Below are positions 9,855-19,800 of a stretch of 64,000 nucleotides of DNA, piece by piece (the stretch's first letter is position 1; every line of letters begins with the position of its first letter). The notes under the pieces are model-generated. The model did not search any database and was not told the DNA's origin. It worked only from the letters and a program-made list of their open reading frames with translations. This stretch comes from Polyangiaceae bacterium (GTDB taxonomy: Bacteria; Myxococcota_A; Polyangia; Polyangiales; Polyangiaceae), in NCBI GenBank assembly GCA_965222375.1, contig CBDCTZ010000014.1:736001-800000 (forward strand), read 5' to 3'. The translations under genes were made by a program, and so were the position numbers.

Positions 9855-10574
9855 ATGGCCTGCAAAGGGGCGATCCTCTCGGTTTTTGCAGTGGGCGCGC
9901 TGGCTTGTGCGCCCAAGTGTCCCAAGCCGGCGTTGGCAGGTGCCTCGAGCCCTCCCGCCGCGACGCTGCTCGAGGACGGCCGAGTCCGCCTGGCGGATGG
10001 TCGCGAGGTCACCGCAGCGGAAGCCGCCGCATCACTTCCACCCGGAGCCGCGCTGGTGTTCGCGCCCCCGGCGCCACCCGCGGCGACGGCTGCCGAGGTC
10101 CCTGGAGGACCCTCGCCGGATGGTTCGAGTCCCGCACCACCCCCGGTGGCTTCGGGGCCTGCGCCCGCGCCAAGCGCAGCGGTGGGCCCGACGGCGCCAC
10201 CGAGCACAGAGCCAACGGCGCCCGTGGCCGGCTCCTTGCCTGAGGTCGTGGTGTCCAACGTCGGGCTGCACATCGGCGGTGGCCCGAACGATGACGCCAG
10301 CAAGGCGCCCTTCCGCGCAGCGATCGAGAAGCGCTTCGAGGACCTGCGCAAGTGCTACGTGCATGCCGAAGAGCCCGAGAAGGGCGGAACCTACGGCGTG
10401 GATCTCTTCATCGGCCGCAACGGCGGCAATCCCGAGTTGCGCCAGCCGCGCACGGGAATGAAGGGTGCGGCGTTTCGCGATTGCATCAAACGCGCCTTTT
10501 CGAGTGTCGTATTCGGAAAGCCGCCCCGTGGCCCCACTGTGATCAGCTATTCCGTGCGTTTCAAGCTGAAGTGA
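9855..10574 (+). CDS. Lipoprotein with AgmX/PglI-like (TonB-C-like) C-terminal domain
   Basis: ALAC lipobox, Pro-rich linker, LRKCY...FRDCIKRAF...SYSVRF pattern. Confidence 0.65.
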   Translation: MACKGAILSVFAVGALACAPKCPKPALAGASSPPAATLLEDGRVRLADGREVTAAEAAASLPPGAALVFAPPAPPAATAAEVPGGPSPDGSSPAPPPVASGPAPAPSAAVGPTAPPSTEPTAPVAGSLPEVVVSNVGLHIGGGPNDDASKAPFRAAIEKRFEDLRKCYVHAEEPEKGGTYGVDLFIGRNGGNPELRQPRTGMKGAAFRDCIKRAFSSVVFGKPPRGPTVISYSVRFKLK

Positions 10575-10616
10575 CGCCCGTTTTGGTCCGCTCCGGGCCG
10601 TGTTACACGCTTTGCC

Positions 10617-11168
10617 ATGGTCCACGCCTGGTTTGAACTCCCCAGCCGCCCAGCGAGTCCGGATGGCGCCATCAATGCAGTGATCGAGATCCCCCAGGGC
10701 TCCAAAGTCAAGTACGAGCTCGACAAGCCAACGGGGATGCTGCGCGTTGACCGAGTGTTGCATAGTTCCGTGCACTATCCGGCCAACTACGGCTTCATCC
10801 CGCGTTCCTACTGCGACGATGGAGACCCTCTCGATGTACTCGTACTGTGCAGCGAGTCTGTGGCCCCCATGAGCTTGATCGTCGGGCGGCCGATCGGTGT
10901 CGTGCGCATGATTGACGCAGGCAAAGCTGACGACAAGGTCCTCGCAGTGCATGCCCACGACCCGGCATTCGAAGAGATCGCCGAGCTCGAAGACTTGCCC
11001 AAGCACGTGGCCCGGGAGATCCAGCGTTTCTTCACGGACTATAAAGTGTTGGAAGAACGTGAAGTCACCGTGGGTGAAACTCTTGATCGCGAGTCCGCCA
11101 CCAAGATCATCGACGAATCCCTCGAGCTGTACCGCAAGGAAGAGAGTCGTCTGCGCGGCTGGGGTTGA
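10617..11168 (+). CDS. ppa: Inorganic pyrophosphatase (family I)
   Basis: EIPQGSKVKYE, YPANYGFIP, DGDPLDVL and DDK motifs. Confidence 0.95.
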   Translation: MVHAWFELPSRPASPDGAINAVIEIPQGSKVKYELDKPTGMLRVDRVLHSSVHYPANYGFIPRSYCDDGDPLDVLVLCSESVAPMSLIVGRPIGVVRMIDAGKADDKVLAVHAHDPAFEEIAELEDLPKHVAREIQRFFTDYKVLEEREVTVGETLDRESATKIIDESLELYRKEESRLRGWG

Positions 11169-11291
11169 ACGCAGCGCTCTGCGCAGCGGGGTTGACTCAG
11201 CGACCCAGACCCTTCCCGAGGGTCGAAGCGGTGGGTCATTGATCCGGAAGCGGGATCCGCGCTTCGGCCACGGCGTGAGAGGCGCCTTTGC

Positions 11292-12038
11292 CTAGATCCC
11301 CGCGTCGATGGCGTCGAGCACCTTACTGAGTTTCGGGCGCTTCTTGTAGTCGGTGTCGGCATGAGCCCACTTCACTTTGCCCTTGTCGATCAAGAACAAG
11401 CTCGGCACGGCGACGGTGTGATGGTCCTTGCCGCTCGAGCGCTCGATGTCGATTCCCTTTTCCTTCAAGCGCTTCAGGGTCGCATCGTCGACTCTGAATC
11501 CAACCTTGTAGGCCTTATGCAGGACCAGATCGGAATCGCTCAGGAATTGGAACGGCAGGTCATGGTGGTCTCGCGATTTCGTGGCTTCGCTTGGCCGGTC
11601 CACGCTGACGAAGACGACATTCAAATCCCGCTTTCGCAGGTCTCCGGCCTGCTTGGTGAATTCGCGAATCTGAAAGTTGCAAAAGGGGCACCAACCACCG
11701 CGGTAGAACACGAGCAGGACGCGGCGCTTCTTCCATTGGCTGGAAAGCTCGATGTCCTCGTTCTGGTAGTTCTTCAGCTTGGCCGACGGCGCGGCTTCAC
11801 CCACACGGATCCCGATGCCCTTCGGCAGTGTGCCGAGAGCCGCGGGCTTGCCGGGTGGCTTCATGCGCACGTCGCCAACCTTCGGTGCTGCCTTGGGCGC
11901 GGCGCTGCTGGCCGCGGGTGGCGCGGCCGCGATGCTGTCCCGCGCCGACGGCGCCGACGGCGCAGATTGGGGCGCAGGCTTGGATTGTTCACAGCCCATA
12001 GCCAGCGCCAGGCCGACGAGGAGCCCAAGGCGGTTCAT
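11292..12038 (-). CDS. AhpC/TSA peroxiredoxin-like lipoprotein
   Basis: FYRGGWCPFC motif; LSD; lipobox LAMGC. Confidence 0.85.
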   Translation of the reverse strand: MNRLGLLVGLALAMGCEQSKPAPQSAPSAPSARDSIAAAPPAASSAAPKAAPKVGDVRMKPPGKPAALGTLPKGIGIRVGEAAPSAKLKNYQNEDIELSSQWKKRRVLLVFYRGGWCPFCNFQIREFTKQAGDLRKRDLNVVFVSVDRPSEATKSRDHHDLPFQFLSDSDLVLHKAYKVGFRVDDATLKRLKEKGIDIERSSGKDHHTVAVPSLFLIDKGKVKWAHADTDYKKRPKLSKVLDAIDAGI

Positions 12039-12112
12039 GTTCCAAACACGGCAGTGGGGCATCCGGGTTTCTATACAGCCGATCGCCGCGTTGCTCGGCT
12101 CAATTGAGGACA

Positions 12113-12168
12113 TGTGACCCTTTGGGCACCTATCCTTGGGACCACTTTTTGTGTGACTATTTGGTCAC
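12113..12168. promoter_or_regulatory. Probable ArsR-family operator, two imperfect palindromes
   Basis: GTGAC-TATTTG-GTCAC at 12153-12168 abuts the start codon; similar GTGACCCTTTGGGCAC near 12114. Confidence 0.55.
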
Positions 12169-12459
12169 GTGACAGCCCCTCTGGTGCCCGATGTCAGCGA
12201 TTCGGTGTTCCGCGCTCTGGCGGATCCCAACCGCCGGCGCATGCTCGATCTGATCAAGGAAACACCGGGTCTGAACGTGAACGAGCTGACCGCTAGCTTC
12301 GACTTCACGCGGTTTTCGGTCATGAAGCACCTGCGGATCCTTCGGAGCGCGGACTTGGTCTTGAGCCGGCGCATCGGCAAGGAACGACGCCTGTTCCTGA
12401 ATCCAGTACCGCTGAAGATCATCTACGACCGATGGCTCAGCCAGTACAACGCGCCCTGA
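12169..12459 (+). CDS. ArsR/SmtB-family HTH regulator
   Basis: FRALADPNRRRML, VMKHLRIL and LNPVPL..IYDRWL motifs. Confidence 0.9.
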   Translation: MTAPLVPDVSDSVFRALADPNRRRMLDLIKETPGLNVNELTASFDFTRFSVMKHLRILRSADLVLSRRIGKERRLFLNPVPLKIIYDRWLSQYNAP

Positions 12460-12530
12460 GCCCCGCCTCCCCCATTTTCTGCCAAAAATACTAGACCTGA
12501 CGCCGCGGTCGCTCTAGGGAGGGCCCCCTC

Positions 12531-13244
12531 ATGAGCGCGATGTACTTGCTCCTCAGCCCCCTATCCGAAAAAGAGATGCTCGACCTGGAGTACGAGTGCG
12601 GGGACGCCCTCGACGCCTGGTTCGACGACAACCCCGACGCAGAAAACGACTACGGCGAAATGGAGACGACCGAGGGGATCCCGTCTCTTGACGAGATCAA
12701 GGCCGCGTACAAGAAGGACAAGCTCGAGCTCGATGCCGAAACCGAGGGGCGGCTCGCCGAAATACAGTCGGGTTTCTCCATCGAAGACCCCGGGGACATC
12801 GAAACCAAGGGTGGGCTCCAAGTATCGATCATGCGCTTCCTTTTGGAGCGTGCGGGCAATGGTCTCGTCTCTTTGGGCAAGTACCCCTTCGAGAAGAGCG
12901 AGGACGTTCTGGAGCGCCTGCGCTCCGTCCCGGGAGTCGACGGTTTCGGTGGCGAGGATGCAGAACCCAAGCGGCGGCGCATGGTTCAGCCGTCGAAAGA
13001 AGACGGCCAAGCTCGGGCTGAGCGCGTGCTGCGCATCCTCGAGTCCGCCATGAAGAACGTGAATCAGGCCATCGACGTGAAGAACGCCCTGTATCGCGCG
13101 AGTGAAGCTGCTCGTAACTACGGGGCGTTGCTGCTCGAAGAGGGCGCCATGAACGACGTCATGGCGGCGGAGAAGCTTGGCGTGGAGTACGTCGACCTCG
13201 TGGAGGCGGCCGAGGAACTCGACCGCGGTTTGAAGCGGCGCTGA
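12531..13244 (+). CDS. Acidic hypothetical protein
   Basis: 237-aa ORF with GGAGG RBS and typical codon usage. Confidence 0.7.
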   Translation: MSAMYLLLSPLSEKEMLDLEYECGDALDAWFDDNPDAENDYGEMETTEGIPSLDEIKAAYKKDKLELDAETEGRLAEIQSGFSIEDPGDIETKGGLQVSIMRFLLERAGNGLVSLGKYPFEKSEDVLERLRSVPGVDGFGGEDAEPKRRRMVQPSKEDGQARAERVLRILESAMKNVNQAIDVKNALYRASEAARNYGALLLEEGAMNDVMAAEKLGVEYVDLVEAAEELDRGLKRR

Positions 13245-13248
13245 GGGT

Positions 13249-14742
13249 TCACTTCGGCTTGCCGGGCAGACCGCTGCCCGGCGGCGCGATGCCCAACACG
13301 GTTTCTTCGAACGCGTCATCCAGCGCGCCGCTGATGTTTCCTTTGTCGGTACGCGCCGCCTGGCGCTTTTCGAGGGCGCTGGCGAGTGCCTCCCGTGTGC
13401 TCTGATCGTCGCTGAGCCGTACTGCGCGTTTCAGCGCGGAAACCGCCTGGTCGAGCCGCTTGTCGTGCATCAAGCTCAGGCCCAGATAGAGGGGATGGTC
13501 CGCGTTGGATGGGTCGTGCTTCTCTGCCGACGCGAAAAGCTTCGCCGCAGCGGCATACTTCTTTTCCCCCATCAACCCAGCGCCCTCTCGCGCCAGCGCG
13601 TCCGCGAGGCCCTCCTTGTGAAGCTCCGAGGCATCCAGTTTCGCTGCGGTCTTCAAGGCTTCGATAGCGCCCTTGCGATCCCCCATCGCCTCGAGCACCA
13701 GGCCCAGGTTGTAGTGGGCGCGGGGCTCCTTGTCGTCCAGGGCAATCGCAGCGCGGTACGCCGCCGCAGCTTGCTTGTGGTTGCCAGCGCGCGCCAAGGA
13801 CACGCCATGATTGATATGGGCGCCCACGAGGACGGCCTTGTGTTCGTGTTTCGGGTCCAGCTCCAGGGCTCGGGTGAAGTGTTCGATAGCTTTGGCGTAC
13901 TGCTCCATCCTCAGCAGCGCCAAGCCGAGGTCGTAGTGTGCGATTGCGCTGTCGGGCTCGAGGTCGATGGCGCGTTGGTAGGCAGCGGCGGCGCCCTCGT
14001 CGTCGCCTGCGCGCGCCAAGTCCACACCGTGATTCACCAAGCCCGCGGCTGTGCGACTGTCTTTCTGAAAGAAGATGGCGCCGCCAAAGGCGAGCACCGC
14101 GACTGTCACCACCACCGCGGATGCGGCAATTCCGTCGACCACGTCTTCGGCCTTGGCTCGCAGAAAGTAGGCTACGGCCGCCCCGAACAGCATGCCGCCC
14201 AGGTGCGCGGCGTTGTCTGCGCCAATCAACACGCCAAAGACGAGGGTGCCCCCGAGCCACAGCAACATCATGGATAGCTGTGGGCGACCCGAGCTGCCTT
14301 GCCGAAATGCTGCGACGGCCACGCCGGCAATCGCGCCGCAGAGCGCCCCGGAGGCGCCCGCGCTCACGATCGGATCCCGAAAGTGAAACGCCACCGAGGC
14401 CAGGGAGCCCCCCAACCCCGATGCCAAGTAGATCCCCACGAATCGACCCCGGCCGAACAGGGCTTCTCCCTGTGGGCCGATCGTGACCAGTGCCACGCTG
14501 TTCATCAGCAAGTGCCACACGTTGATGTGTAGGAATGCCGAGGCGATCAGGCGATGCACCTGACCTGCGAAGACCAAGGGGGCGTAGTCAGCTCCGAAAA
14601 GCATCAGGGTGTTGGTAGAGGGACCCGAAAGCTCTTCGCGGCCACCGGTCAGCAGCATCAGGCCATAGACGGCCACGTTGATGACGAACAACACCGTCGT
14701 CGGGCTCGACAGCGCGAAGGAAAAGCGCAGCGCGGTGCTCAT
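13249..14742 (-). CDS. Rhomboid intramembrane serine protease fused to TPR repeats
   Basis: FLH..WHLLMN, GASGA (catalytic Ser) and AHLGG (His); several TPRs (AHYDLG, AHYNLG). Confidence 0.9.
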   Translation of the reverse strand: MSTALRFSFALSSPTTVLFVINVAVYGLMLLTGGREELSGPSTNTLMLFGADYAPLVFAGQVHRLIASAFLHINVWHLLMNSVALVTIGPQGEALFGRGRFVGIYLASGLGGSLASVAFHFRDPIVSAGASGALCGAIAGVAVAAFRQGSSGRPQLSMMLLWLGGTLVFGVLIGADNAAHLGGMLFGAAVAYFLRAKAEDVVDGIAASAVVVTVAVLAFGGAIFFQKDSRTAAGLVNHGVDLARAGDDEGAAAAYQRAIDLEPDSAIAHYDLGLALLRMEQYAKAIEHFTRALELDPKHEHKAVLVGAHINHGVSLARAGNHKQAAAAYRAAIALDDKEPRAHYNLGLVLEAMGDRKGAIEALKTAAKLDASELHKEGLADALAREGAGLMGEKKYAAAAKLFASAEKHDPSNADHPLYLGLSLMHDKRLDQAVSALKRAVRLSDDQSTREALASALEKRQAARTDKGNISGALDDAFEETVLGIAPPGSGLPGKPK

Positions 14743-16265
14743 GGGGCCGCTGGGTCGCGAAAGCGGGCCAGAGCGCTCAGGGTCTGCCGAGCGGCCGGAT
14801 ACACACCTCGGTAGATATCGAGCAGCTCCGCGTAGCGCTCTTGATCGTCGTCGGGGACGAAACGCCGTGTCGTGCGCGTCATCGCTCTTGCTGCTTCCGT
14901 CAAGTCCCCGTGCATCTTTGCGTGCACAGCTGCGAGCATGCCCGCGCCCAGACACGTGGCCTCGGACGTGCCGCAACGCAGAATCGGCCTATCCAGCACG
15001 TCGGCGAGGATCTGACACCACAGCTCGCTCTGGGAGCCGCCGCCCATGACGATGAACTCCTCAATCGGCCATCCCAAGGCGGCCTCGACGCCCTCGGTGT
15101 GCACGCGGTGTTCGAGTGCCAGTCCCTCGACGATCGCTCGATAGAAGTGGGCGGGCCCGTGGGAAGCGGATAGTCCCATCATGACCCCACGGGCGTCGTC
15201 GTCCCAGTAGGGGTTCATCACGCCTGCGAAGTAGGGCAGGAGCATCAGACCGTCAGCGCCCGGCGACAGTTGGTTCGCTTGCTGCTCCAGTTCGTCGAGG
15301 CTGACTTTGCGCCCTGCTTCCGCCTCTGGGGCCAGGAGTTGGTCCAAGAGCCAGTTCAGGGTGAAGGTGCCGCCGAGCAGGTCGGTCTCCAAGAAGTAGG
15401 TTCGGTCAGCGCCGCCGTAGAGGGTCCGAAAGGCGCGACTGGTTTGGTAGCTCCGTGACAACACCCCGCTCACGATCGCGGTGCCGAGGTTCAGGTAGGC
15501 GCGGCCGGGCGCAACCAACCCCGCGCCGAGGCCTGCGGCTTGCCCATCGCCGAGGCCTGCGATGACCGGGAGCCCTCGCGGCAGGCCGACGGCGTCAGCA
15601 ACCTCGTCCAGGACGCTGCCGATGGGCTCCCCGGGCTCGAGCAGCCTCGGCAGCTGGCTTTCGTCGAGCGCTAGCGCCGAAAGCAAGTCCGGCGACCAGG
15701 CGCGAGCCTGCATGTCCACCATGCCCAATGGGTCCGCCGACGCCCGGCTCGTTGCGAACGCACCGGTCAGGCGCCACGCGAGGAACGCATGCACGTCGAG
15801 CACTCGCGTGTGTCGGGTTGCCAGCGAGGGCTCTCGGGCCAGGAGCGCGTGAAGCTTGTAGAAGCTCGGGGTGATGCAAGGCGGTTTGCCACTAATGGTA
15901 TGCACACGGTCTTCGGACAGCGGGCCGCGGGCGTCGCTGATCCCATCCTTGCCTCGGGCATCCATCCAGACCAACGCTGGGCGCAGGGGGTGGCCCTCGG
16001 GGTCTGTCAGCACGAAGGTCTCGCGCTGGTGGGCAATACACAGTGCCGCCACCTCGTCTTCTTGCGCGAGGCCGCGACAACACTGCCCGAGTGCTTCGAG
16101 GCTGGCTTGCCACCACTGCTCGGCGTCCTGCTCCCACGCATCTGTCCCGGGGTTGTTCAGGGCGTAGGACGCGCGGCCTTCGCAGCGCGCATTTCCCGAG
16201 GCATCCCAGGCGATGGCCTTGACCGCGGTCGTACTGGCATCAATGCCCAAGACAACGCGCGTCAT
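14739..16265 (-). CDS. FGGY-family carbohydrate kinase (xylulokinase-like)
   Basis: GIDASTTAVK, WMDAR, GLGDGQA, NLGT and GGGSQS motifs. Confidence 0.9.
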   Translation of the reverse strand: MTRVVLGIDASTTAVKAIAWDASGNARCEGRASYALNNPGTDAWEQDAEQWWQASLEALGQCCRGLAQEDEVAALCIAHQRETFVLTDPEGHPLRPALVWMDARGKDGISDARGPLSEDRVHTISGKPPCITPSFYKLHALLAREPSLATRHTRVLDVHAFLAWRLTGAFATSRASADPLGMVDMQARAWSPDLLSALALDESQLPRLLEPGEPIGSVLDEVADAVGLPRGLPVIAGLGDGQAAGLGAGLVAPGRAYLNLGTAIVSGVLSRSYQTSRAFRTLYGGADRTYFLETDLLGGTFTLNWLLDQLLAPEAEAGRKVSLDELEQQANQLSPGADGLMLLPYFAGVMNPYWDDDARGVMMGLSASHGPAHFYRAIVEGLALEHRVHTEGVEAALGWPIEEFIVMGGGSQSELWCQILADVLDRPILRCGTSEATCLGAGMLAAVHAKMHGDLTEAARAMTRTTRRFVPDDDQERYAELLDIYRGVYPAARQTLSALARFRDPAAP

Positions 16266-17347
16266 CGCTGCCCAGTGCCAGGGGCTGGCAGCCCCGAGAA
16301 GAACTCCGCGTAGGGTGGGGCGACGGCCGCGCCATCCAGCGCCACCGCCTGCATGTGCCGAAGCAGGGGAAGCTCGCCCCTAGCGAGCCGCCCCGCCTTC
16401 TCCCAACTGGCCAGGGCTTTCCGCAGCTGCTCCAAGATCTCGAGGCACTCCAGGGTCGCGCCTTCCATCTTCTCGATGGCCTGCTCTCGGGATAGCCCGG
16501 TTCCCAGCCATTTGCCGAAACGACCGGTGCGGCCCCCATTGGTCGTCACATCCAGATCCCCGACCCCAGCAAGCCCAAGCACACTGTCGCCACTTCCGCC
16601 CATCAGCTCCACGATGCGTCGCGTCTCACATGCAGCCTGAGCGAATATGGCGCTCTCGCTGTTGTGCATCGCCACGCTGCCGTGCTTTCCGCCGCGCGCT
16701 TCGTGCAAGCCGGTGGCGAAAGCGATGCCCATGGCGTAGGCGTTCTTGAGAGCGGCACAGGCCTCGACACCCACGATGTCCGGGTCGACAAAAGGAAAGT
16801 AGTAGGGCGTTCGCATCAGACTGGATAGCCGCATCAATACGTCGGGATCTCGTCCGGTCAGCACGACGGCACTCTCCACACGCCGCGCCAACTCGCCGGC
16901 GATGCACGGGCCCGCCACTACCGCCGGCGCCAGTTTGGCGCGCAGAGCTTCCGGGAAGTGGTCCAGCAGTACGTCTGGAAGCACGCGCAAGCCCGAACCA
17001 TCCCAGCTGAGCCCTTTCGTGATCATGACGATGGGGACATCGGGCCGCACGAAGGGCGCCAGGGTGCGACTACACCAGTCGACGCCGGCAGAGCTGACGC
17101 CCACACCGATGATCTCCACTCCCTCCATCGCCGCGGCGATGTCTGCAATGGCGTGCGGGGTGATCGCCTTGGGCAACTCGAGCCCCATCTTCGGGTGCAC
17201 GCCACTGGCTTTCAGACTGGCGATGATCTCCTCGTCCAGGTGCGTCCCTACCAGCCGAACTTCGTGCCCTGCGTCCGTGAGGGGAACGCAGAGGGCGCTG
17301 CCCATCATGCCTGCGCCAACGACGGTTATGACAGCCACGGCGGGCAT
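16262..17347 (-). CDS. NAD(P)H-dependent glycerol-3-phosphate dehydrogenase family protein
   Basis: GAGMMG, TKGL, GPCIAGE, ALKNAYA and GVGDLDVT..GGR motifs. Confidence 0.85.
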   Translation of the reverse strand: MPAVAVITVVGAGMMGSALCVPLTDAGHEVRLVGTHLDEEIIASLKASGVHPKMGLELPKAITPHAIADIAAAMEGVEIIGVGVSSAGVDWCSRTLAPFVRPDVPIVMITKGLSWDGSGLRVLPDVLLDHFPEALRAKLAPAVVAGPCIAGELARRVESAVVLTGRDPDVLMRLSSLMRTPYYFPFVDPDIVGVEACAALKNAYAMGIAFATGLHEARGGKHGSVAMHNSESAIFAQAACETRRIVELMGGSGDSVLGLAGVGDLDVTTNGGRTGRFGKWLGTGLSREQAIEKMEGATLECLEILEQLRKALASWEKAGRLARGELPLLRHMQAVALDGAAVAPPYAEFFSGLPAPGTGQR

Positions 17348-17397
17348 CCTTCCACGACGCGCCGCAGCTGCAAAGTGCCCCCCGCCAGGCTCGGGAA

Positions 17398-17643
17398 TCA
17401 GAACCGGAACAGGAAGCGCCGCAAGATCTGGATCCCGAACAGCAGAACCATCGGGGAGAAATCCAAGCCGCCCATGCTCGGCAGCACCTTCTTGATGGGA
17501 GTCAGCAGGGGGTCGACCAAGGTGCGTGTGAAGCGGGAAACCGGATGGTCATGGCTGAGACCGATCCAAGAACCCACGACGGCGACGAGCACGACGATGG
17601 AGTACAGATCCAGTAGGCGACCCAGGAGCGAGAGAATCACCAC
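17398..17643 (-). CDS. yggT: YggT family membrane protein
   Basis: SW...PLLTPIKKVLPSMGGLDFSPMV signature. Confidence 0.88.
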   Translation of the reverse strand: MVILSLLGRLLDLYSIVVLVAVVGSWIGLSHDHPVSRFTRTLVDPLLTPIKKVLPSMGGLDFSPMVLLFGIQILRRFLFRF

Positions 17644-17746
17644 CTCAAGATTTGGCCGCCAGAGGCTCTCGTCAAGGGCGTGGCGGCTTGCCCCCGCTTG
17701 GATAGGGCGCAAATTGCCGCCGCTTTCTGCCATGCTGAGCCGAGAA

Positions 17747-18493
17747 ATGCCGCAGCTGACCTTCGTGGGGACTGGGGAAGCCTTCGATCCCGCCCTCCCC
17801 AATACCAGCCTGCTATATCAGGGCAGCGAGACGCTATTGATCGACTGCGGCTTCGCGGTGCCCCACGCGTTTTGGAAGATCTCCCGGGACCCGTCGCTGC
17901 TCGACGCCATCTACATCTCGCATCTGCATGCGGATCACAGCTTTGGGTTGCCAGCGCTGCTGCTCTGGATGCGGGAAGCCGGGCGGACTCGGCCGCTGAA
18001 GGTCATCGGGGGCGGAGGTGTTGGGGCCTGGCTCAGCCGATTGCTCGAATTGGGCTACCCGGGATCCTATGCGCCCGACCACTGTTTCGAGATCCAGGCC
18101 CTCGAACTGTTACCGGGTTCGCAGCTGGCTCTCGGCGAAGCCGTTCTGAGCAATGCGCAGAGCGAACACGGGGTGCGCAACCTCTCGTTGCGTATCGACG
18201 AGGCGGGGCGAGCCTTTGCCTACAGCGGGGACGGCCGTCCGACCGAGGCCACCCGGGCACTGTTTCGCGACGCCGCGCTTCTGGTTCATGAGTGCTACTC
18301 GCTCGATCGTGAGTTTCCCGGTCACGCGAGCTTCACGAGCCTGCTGAAGATGACAAGAGATGGCTCCGTCGCACGCTTGGCCTTGCTGCATCTGGGTCGC
18401 GGGGAGAGGGCCGAAATCGTCACTGCGGCTTTCGACAACCCGACCCCGCCGCAGCTCTTCGTGCCCGCACCGGGTGATGTCACTCAGATCTGA
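17747..18493 (+). CDS. Metallo-beta-lactamase fold hydrolase (RNase Z-like)
   Basis: GTGEAF, LIDCG, SHLHADH, YSGD and HEC motifs. Confidence 0.88.
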   Translation: MPQLTFVGTGEAFDPALPNTSLLYQGSETLLIDCGFAVPHAFWKISRDPSLLDAIYISHLHADHSFGLPALLLWMREAGRTRPLKVIGGGGVGAWLSRLLELGYPGSYAPDHCFEIQALELLPGSQLALGEAVLSNAQSEHGVRNLSLRIDEAGRAFAYSGDGRPTEATRALFRDAALLVHECYSLDREFPGHASFTSLLKMTRDGSVARLALLHLGRGERAEIVTAAFDNPTPPQLFVPAPGDVTQI

Positions 18494-18499
18494 GGGGGC

Positions 18500-19711
18500 G
18501 TGCGCACGGATCTGACTCGCTTCTGCGTGCCCTGCGGTTTCCGACTGCCGAGCCAGACCCAAGCGTGCCCGCGGTGCGCCGAGCAAACCCTCGAGCGCTT
18601 GCCCGCGGCCGCCGAGCCGAAGACCAAGTGGGTCGGCAAGATCGAAGCGTGGCGGCTCTTGGTCACATGGTGGCCGGCGGTGCTCGTGTATGTGCTCAGC
18701 GTGGCAGGTGCGGTGCACCTGGTGTTCTTTCAGACCCCGGGTGCCGAGGGCACGACCCTGCACGCCTGGGTCATTGGCGCGGGGTTGATGGGCGGTTTCT
18801 TGGGTGTCGCCATCATCTTGGGGCTGATCTGGGCGGCTTGGGCCGTTTTCATCACGCTGACGTTCTTCTTCGTTCCGCGAGAAACGACCGCGCCCCAATG
18901 GCTGGCGGTCGCTTCGCCACAGCGCGCAGTCAGTTCGACCAAACGCGCCACCGACCGTTTCGCGGCTTGGATCGATCGGCTGGGTTGGCGAAGCGCCGTG
19001 CTGCCTCTGCTGGTGTGGCTCGGGATCGAGCTGTTGGCTCAACTCGTGAGCGATCCCGGTTGGTTTGTCCGCGGCTCGCTCAAGGACGTCGCGGTCATGT
19101 GTCTGCTCGTGGCCGGCGGCACGATCGTTTCGTGGGCGCTTCTGGCGCCGGGCATCGGCTTTGCTCTCGGGCTGCTGTCAAAACTGCTGCTCGACCTGGA
19201 ACGAAACCACGCGAACCTGCGCCTGCTGGGGCACGCGGCCCCGGAGCGGCCAGAGAGCAAGCCCGCCACGGACGGCGTGGTCGCGGAAGGTGTCACCTGC
19301 ATCGCTCCGATTTCCGGATCGCCCTGCGCTGGCTTCCGGCTCACCGGAGAGGTGGACGGCTTTCAGATCGACGACGCCTGGTTGTCGGACTTCGTGATCG
19401 AGTCCGCTGACCAGACCGCTCGGGTTGCGACCCAGGGCGCGCGGCTCATCGCAGCGACCAAGGCGCCCGAAGAGCTGGACTTGGACTTGGACCAGAAGTG
19501 GCGGCTGACCGAGTGCCTGTCCACCCGTGGCCTGCCCAGCGCCGATTCGGTCCGGCTCGCGGAAACCCGCATCGAGGTCGGAGCGTCCGTGCGCGTCTGG
19601 GGCGAAGAAGGCGAAGAGAAGGCGGACGCCTCTGCCGGCTATCGCGAACGGGCGCGTCGCACCGTGATCGAGGCGAGTTCGGAGCGTCCGTTGGTCATCG
19701 CGCTGGACTGA
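18500..19711 (+). CDS. Hypothetical membrane protein with N-terminal zinc ribbon
   Basis: CVPC...CPRC; about 4 TM helices; C-terminal AGYRE motif. Confidence 0.7.
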   Translation: MRTDLTRFCVPCGFRLPSQTQACPRCAEQTLERLPAAAEPKTKWVGKIEAWRLLVTWWPAVLVYVLSVAGAVHLVFFQTPGAEGTTLHAWVIGAGLMGGFLGVAIILGLIWAAWAVFITLTFFFVPRETTAPQWLAVASPQRAVSSTKRATDRFAAWIDRLGWRSAVLPLLVWLGIELLAQLVSDPGWFVRGSLKDVAVMCLLVAGGTIVSWALLAPGIGFALGLLSKLLLDLERNHANLRLLGHAAPERPESKPATDGVVAEGVTCIAPISGSPCAGFRLTGEVDGFQIDDAWLSDFVIESADQTARVATQGARLIAATKAPEELDLDLDQKWRLTECLSTRGLPSADSVRLAETRIEVGASVRVWGEEGEEKADASAGYRERARRTVIEASSERPLVIALD

Positions 19712-19794
19712 GCGCAGGCCCCCGCCATCATGCTAGCGTCCGTTGGTCATCGCGCTGGACTGAGCGCAGGCCCCCGCCATCATGCTAGCGTCCG
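19683..19794. repeat. Perfect 52-bp tandem duplication
   Basis: AGCGTCCG recurs at 19683, 19735 and 19787; two identical 52-mers. Confidence 0.95.
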
Positions 19795-19800
19795 CCGGTC

